Shown here in pieces: positions 60,658 through 64,000 of a stretch of DNA of 64,000 nucleotides; positions within the stretch are counted from its first letter, which is position 1, and each line of letters opens with the position of its first letter. The notes beneath the pieces were generated by a model. The model saw nothing but the letters and a program-made list of their open reading frames with translations. It did no database searches and was not told the origin of the DNA. This DNA comes from Pseudomonadota bacterium (GTDB lineage Bacteria; Pseudomonadota; Gammaproteobacteria; Ga0077536). Location: assembly GCA_018668255.1 (NCBI GenBank), contig JABISZ010000010.1:120107-184106 (forward strand). The letters run 5' to 3'. Both the position numbers and the translations under genes were made by a program.

Positions 60658-62004
60658 TCACCGGCGGCCTATACCTTTCAAATTAGATTTCTTCATCAAC
60701 CCTTCATACTGGTGGGACACCAAATGAGACTGCACTTGAGACATAAAATCCATAACAACCACTACTATAATTAATAAGGAGGTTCCCCCAAAGTAAAAGG
60801 GTACATTTAGTTGTAGAATCAAAAATTCTGGCAGTAGACACACAGAAGTAATGTATATCGCTCCAACTACTGTCAATCTGCTCATTACATTATCTATATA
60901 TCTCGCCGTCTGGTCGCCTGGTCTTATCCCGGGAATAAAACCCCCGGATTTTTTTAAATTATCGGCCATTTCTTTAGGGTTAAACACTAATGCCGTATAG
61001 AAGAAGCAGAAAAATATAATTGCTGCCGCATAGCACATCACATAGAGAGGTTGTCCTGGCGAAAGAGTACTACTCAAGTCACGAAGCCAGCCCATACCTT
61101 CTGCGTTACCAAACCAGCCTCCTATTGTAGCAGGAAAGAGTATAATACTCGATGCAAATATCGGTGGAATTACTCCGGCCATATTTAATTTCAAAGGCAG
61201 ACTACTTGCTTGTCCGCCGTAGACCTGACCGCCTCTTTGCTGCTTAGCATAATTAACTGTAATTTTACGCTGCGCTCTCTCCACGTACACAACAAACGCT
61301 GTCACTCCCACGGCAAGAACAAACAACATTAAAACTAGCAATATAGAGAGCTCGCCAGTCCTAGCAAGCTCCAGCGTTCCCGCGACTGCAGCTGGCAAGC
61401 CCGCTACGATTCCAGCAAAAATAATCATAGATATTCCGTTTCCGATACCTCTTTCAGTAACCTGCTCACCCAACCACATAAGGAATAGTGTGCCACTCAC
61501 CAATGTAGAGACACACGCTACCTTGAAATATACACCGGGATTAATCACTAATTGAAGCCCCGCAGCTGTCTGCTGCTCCAACATGACAGCTACACCTACA
61601 GACTGAAAAAGGCATAGAACTACCGTAAAATATCGAGTTAGTTGGTTAATTTTCCTTCTACCTGACTCGCCCTCTTTTTTAAGTTGCTCTAACTTAGGAT
61701 GCACGACAGTTAGTAGCTGCATAATAATTGAGGCGGAGATGTAAGGCATGATACCCAAAGCAACTACCGAGAATCTTTCTAGCGCTCCACCAGAAAACAT
61801 GTTGAACATATCTAATATAGACCCGCGCTGTTGTTCGAACAGTGCGTTCAGAGCCACTGGATTAATACCTGGGACTGGAATATGCGTACATATTCGGAAA
61901 ACTAAGAGGGCACCCAAAAGGAAAAATATTCGCTGCCTAAGCTCCGTCATTTTACCCAGACTTGGAAGTCCGGCAGGTGCTTGATTTTTACGTCCTATAG
62001 CCAC
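60658..62004 (-). CDS. secY: preprotein translocase subunit SecY
   Basis: [37 protein letters not shown]. Start placed at the GTG at 62004, just after the rplO stop, which gives an N-terminal length like E. coli SecY. The ORF track GTG at 62025 overlaps rplO by 20 nt. Confidence 0.93.
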   Translation of the reverse strand: MAIGRKNQAPAGLPSLGKMTELRQRIFFLLGALLVFRICTHIPVPGINPVALNALFEQQRGSILDMFNMFSGGALERFSVVALGIMPYISASIIMQLLTVVHPKLEQLKKEGESGRRKINQLTRYFTVVLCLFQSVGVAVMLEQQTAAGLQLVINPGVYFKVACVSTLVSGTLFLMWLGEQVTERGIGNGISMIIFAGIVAGLPAAVAGTLELARTGELSILLVLMLFVLAVGVTAFVVYVERAQRKITVNYAKQQRGGQVYGGQASSLPLKLNMAGVIPPIFASSIILFPATIGGWFGNAEGMGWLRDLSSTLSPGQPLYVMCYAAAIIFFCFFYTALVFNPKEMADNLKKSGGFIPGIRPGDQTARYIDNVMSRLTVVGAIYITSVCLLPEFLILQLNVPFYFGGTSLLIIVVVVMDFMSQVQSHLVSHQYEGLMKKSNLKGIGRR

Positions 62005-62005
62005 G

Positions 62006-62440
62006 TTAGTCAGCCACTTCGCCACCGGCTGCTTCGATCTGAATGCGAGCGCCCTTAGTTACAAACAGCCCTTGTAGTTTTACAGCCCGACTAATTTCAC
62101 CAGAAGCAATAATTTTTACCTTCTTCGTATCATGATTTACCAATCCTGCTTGTCGTAAAACCAAAAGATCGATAGTCTCGGCGTCTAGTGACTCGAGCTC
62201 GTGCAATCTGATTTCATCACCAAATCTTGCAGTTCTTGACCTAAAGCCAAATTTAGGAAGACGTCGCTGCAACGGCATCTGCCCACCCTCAAAACCAACC
62301 TTATGGTAGCCACCAGATCGTGACTTTTGACCTTTATGTCCTCGACCAGCGGTTTTACCAGACCCTGAACCAGACCCTCTACCTACTCTTTTAGCAGATT
62401 TGTTAGATCCTGCCGCCGGACTTAGTGTGTTTAATTCCAT
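62006..62440 (-). CDS. rplO: 50S ribosomal protein L15
   Basis: [26 protein letters not shown]. Confidence 0.97.
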   Translation of the reverse strand: MELNTLSPAAGSNKSAKRVGRGSGSGSGKTAGRGHKGQKSRSGGYHKVGFEGGQMPLQRRLPKFGFRSRTARFGDEIRLHELESLDAETIDLLVLRQAGLVNHDTKKVKIIASGEISRAVKLQGLFVTKGARIQIEAAGGEVAD

Positions 62441-62443
62441 AAT

Positions 62444-62635
62444 CTAGACCTCTTCAATCTTCAGCATATAATTAATCTTATTGACCATGCCTCTATTTTC
62501 ATCTGTGTTGAAGACCTCGATGGTCTGCCACATCTTCCGTAACCCAAGACCATGAGCGCACGCCTTATGGCTCTTCAAACGACCGTTTAAACTCTTACAT
62601 AAGGTGATTCTTAATTTTTCAATAGCCACATTCAC
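62444..62635 (-). CDS. rpmD: 50S ribosomal protein L30
   Basis: 63 aa. LRITLCKS...HGLGLRK...MLKIEE pattern. The GTG start shares one base with the rpsE stop. Confidence 0.9.
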   Translation of the reverse strand: MNVAIEKLRITLCKSLNGRLKSHKACAHGLGLRKMWQTIEVFNTDENRGMVNKINYMLKIEEV

Positions 62636-63144
62636 TACCCTCGAATTTCTTCTACCGTCTTGCCTCGTTTCTCAGCCATTCTATTAGGAGAAGACATAGA
62701 CATAAGGCCGTTAATAGTAGCTCGCACGACATTCGCTGGATTAGTAGTCCCTATGCACTTTGCAAGCACGTTACTAACTCCGAGCACATCAAAAACAGCC
62801 CTCATAGCCCCACCTGCAATAATTCCAGTCCCCTCTGAAGCTGGTTGCATATAAACCTTGGCAGCCCCGTGAGTTCCAACTATCGCATACTGCAAGGTTG
62901 TCCCATTAATATCGATTGGCTGCATATTCTTTCTAGCGCTTTCCATTGCTTTTTGAATTGCGATTGGAACCTCGCGTGCCTTCCCTCGTCCATAGCCAAC
63001 TCGTCCCGCACCGTCACCGACAACTGTCAGGGCTGTAAAGCTAAAGATACGGCCTCCCTTAACTACCTTCGAAACGCGGTCAACATTAATTAATTTTTCA
63101 AGATAGCCGTCGTTATTATCAGACGGGCCTTTTTTAAAGTTCAT
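62635..63144 (-). CDS. rpsE: 30S ribosomal protein S5
   Basis: [40 protein letters not shown]. Confidence 0.98.
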   Translation of the reverse strand: MNFKKGPSDNNDGYLEKLINVDRVSKVVKGGRIFSFTALTVVGDGAGRVGYGRGKAREVPIAIQKAMESARKNMQPIDINGTTLQYAIVGTHGAAKVYMQPASEGTGIIAGGAMRAVFDVLGVSNVLAKCIGTTNPANVVRATINGLMSMSSPNRMAEKRGKTVEEIRG

Positions 63145-63159
63145 TTTCTTTGGCTACTC

Positions 63160-63513
63160 CTAGAATTTCAGTCCATTCTCGCGGGCAGCATCAGCAAGTG
63201 CTTTAACGCGCCCGTGGTATTTAAATCCGGAGCGATCGAAAGCCACCTTGCTTATACCCACAGCTACCGCTCGCTCTGCTACTATTTTACCTATATGCGC
63301 AGCGGCCTCAATATTTCCGGTCGATGAGATATCCTCATTAATACTTTTTTCCAAAGTCGAGGCACTCGCTAACACCGAGGCACCATCTGAAGAAATTATC
63401 TGCGCATAAATATGCCTTGGTGTCCTGTTAACGCATAACCTGATCGCACGTTGCTGGCGGATAACAGCCCGAGTTTTGGTCGCTCTGCGTTGGCGTGTAG
63501 TTGTCTTAACCAT
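63160..63513 (-). CDS. rplR: 50S ribosomal protein L18
   Basis: [42 protein letters not shown]. Confidence 0.98.
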   Translation of the reverse strand: MVKTTTRQRRATKTRAVIRQQRAIRLCVNRTPRHIYAQIISSDGASVLASASTLEKSINEDISSTGNIEAAAHIGKIVAERAVAVGISKVAFDRSGFKYHGRVKALADAARENGLKF

Positions 63514-63521
63514 CTGTGTCC

Positions 63522-64000
63522 CTATGCCTTTTTAGCTTCTTTTCTGATTATATGTTCATCAAAATAACGAACACCTTTACCTTTATAAGGTTCCGGTTTC
63601 CGATATGCTCTTATGTTCGCCGCAACTTGACCCACCTTCTGCTTATCAATACCTTTCACCACTATCTCTGTCTGGCTAGGAGTATCCACTTGTACTTCTT
63701 TAGGGATCTCATAAACAACAGGATGAGAAAACCCTAGTGATAGATTTAATTTTTGACCCTGCGCCTGTGCACGATAGCCAACCCCCACGATAGATAGCTT
63801 CTTTTCAAATCCTACCGAGACACCTATAACCATATTTTGCAATATAGCCCGCGTAGTCCCAGAAAGAGCGTTCGCTGACTGACTATCGTCCCTGGCGACT
63901 ACTCGCAGGATAGTGTTATCTTGGTTTGCGCTGACTAGGGCGTGCATGTTGTGCTCCAACTCGCCTTTCGGCCCAGAAATTCGTACCTGAGCGCCTTCAA
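63522..64000 (-). CDS. rplF: 50S ribosomal protein L6, N-terminus beyond the window edge
   Basis: [24 protein letters not shown]. The frame remains open upstream of the ORF-track start to base 64000 ([17 protein letters not shown]). Confidence 0.95.
   Translation of the reverse strand, partial: EGAQVRISGPKGELEHNMHALVSANQDNTILRVVARDDSQSANALSGTTRAILQNMVIGVSVGFEKKLSIVGVGYRAQAQGQKLNLSLGFSHPVVYEIPKEVQVDTPSQTEIVVKGIDKQKVGQVAANIRAYRKPEPYKGKGVRYFDEHIIRKEAKKA

Noticed and set aside
62005-62025. A 20-nt overlap of secY with rplO implied by the ORF-track GTG start.
   Set aside because: An in-frame GTG at 62004, immediately after the rplO stop, gives an N-terminal length matching E. coli SecY. The overlap is most likely an artefact of longest-ORF calling.

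Overview
Tightly packed, moderately AT-rich bacterial chromosome segment with gammaproteobacterial synteny (guaBA-xseA, lipAB-ybeD, dacA-mltB-rodA-mrdA-mreDCB, gatCAB, and the secY to rplQ end of the ribosomal protein cluster). Taxonomy is an inference. About 36.7-64 kb is ordinary core housekeeping. About 1-36.7 kb is metabolic and accessory-like. It holds a complete N-methylglutamate pathway for methylamine (mgdABCD-mgsABC-gmaS, 6.9-16.4 kb), preceded by three additional glutamine-synthetase-fold ligases linked to a PPOX-like flavoprotein, an FGase-family amidohydrolase and a PhyH-type dioxygenase. Further along are a ferritin-like gene with a Fur box, an orphan Tat-signal DUF1329 protein behind a long structured leader, and an unknown-substrate cluster (class II aldolase, HAD, CmcJ-like, ArsP-like permease, fused TRAP transporter). 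The region ends with leuA/lrp, folE, a TPP enzyme and a small compositionally mosaic patch next to guaA. I saw no CRISPR array, tRNA/rRNA, transposase/integrase, phage gene or recognisable defence gene. The best candidate for something undescribed is the GS-paralogue module at 1-6.8 kb, a possible gamma-glutamyl ligate-oxidise-hydrolyse amine pathway with non-canonical parts. That call rests on family recognition by eye and on gene context only. All family calls are by-eye motif recognition, and no searches were run.
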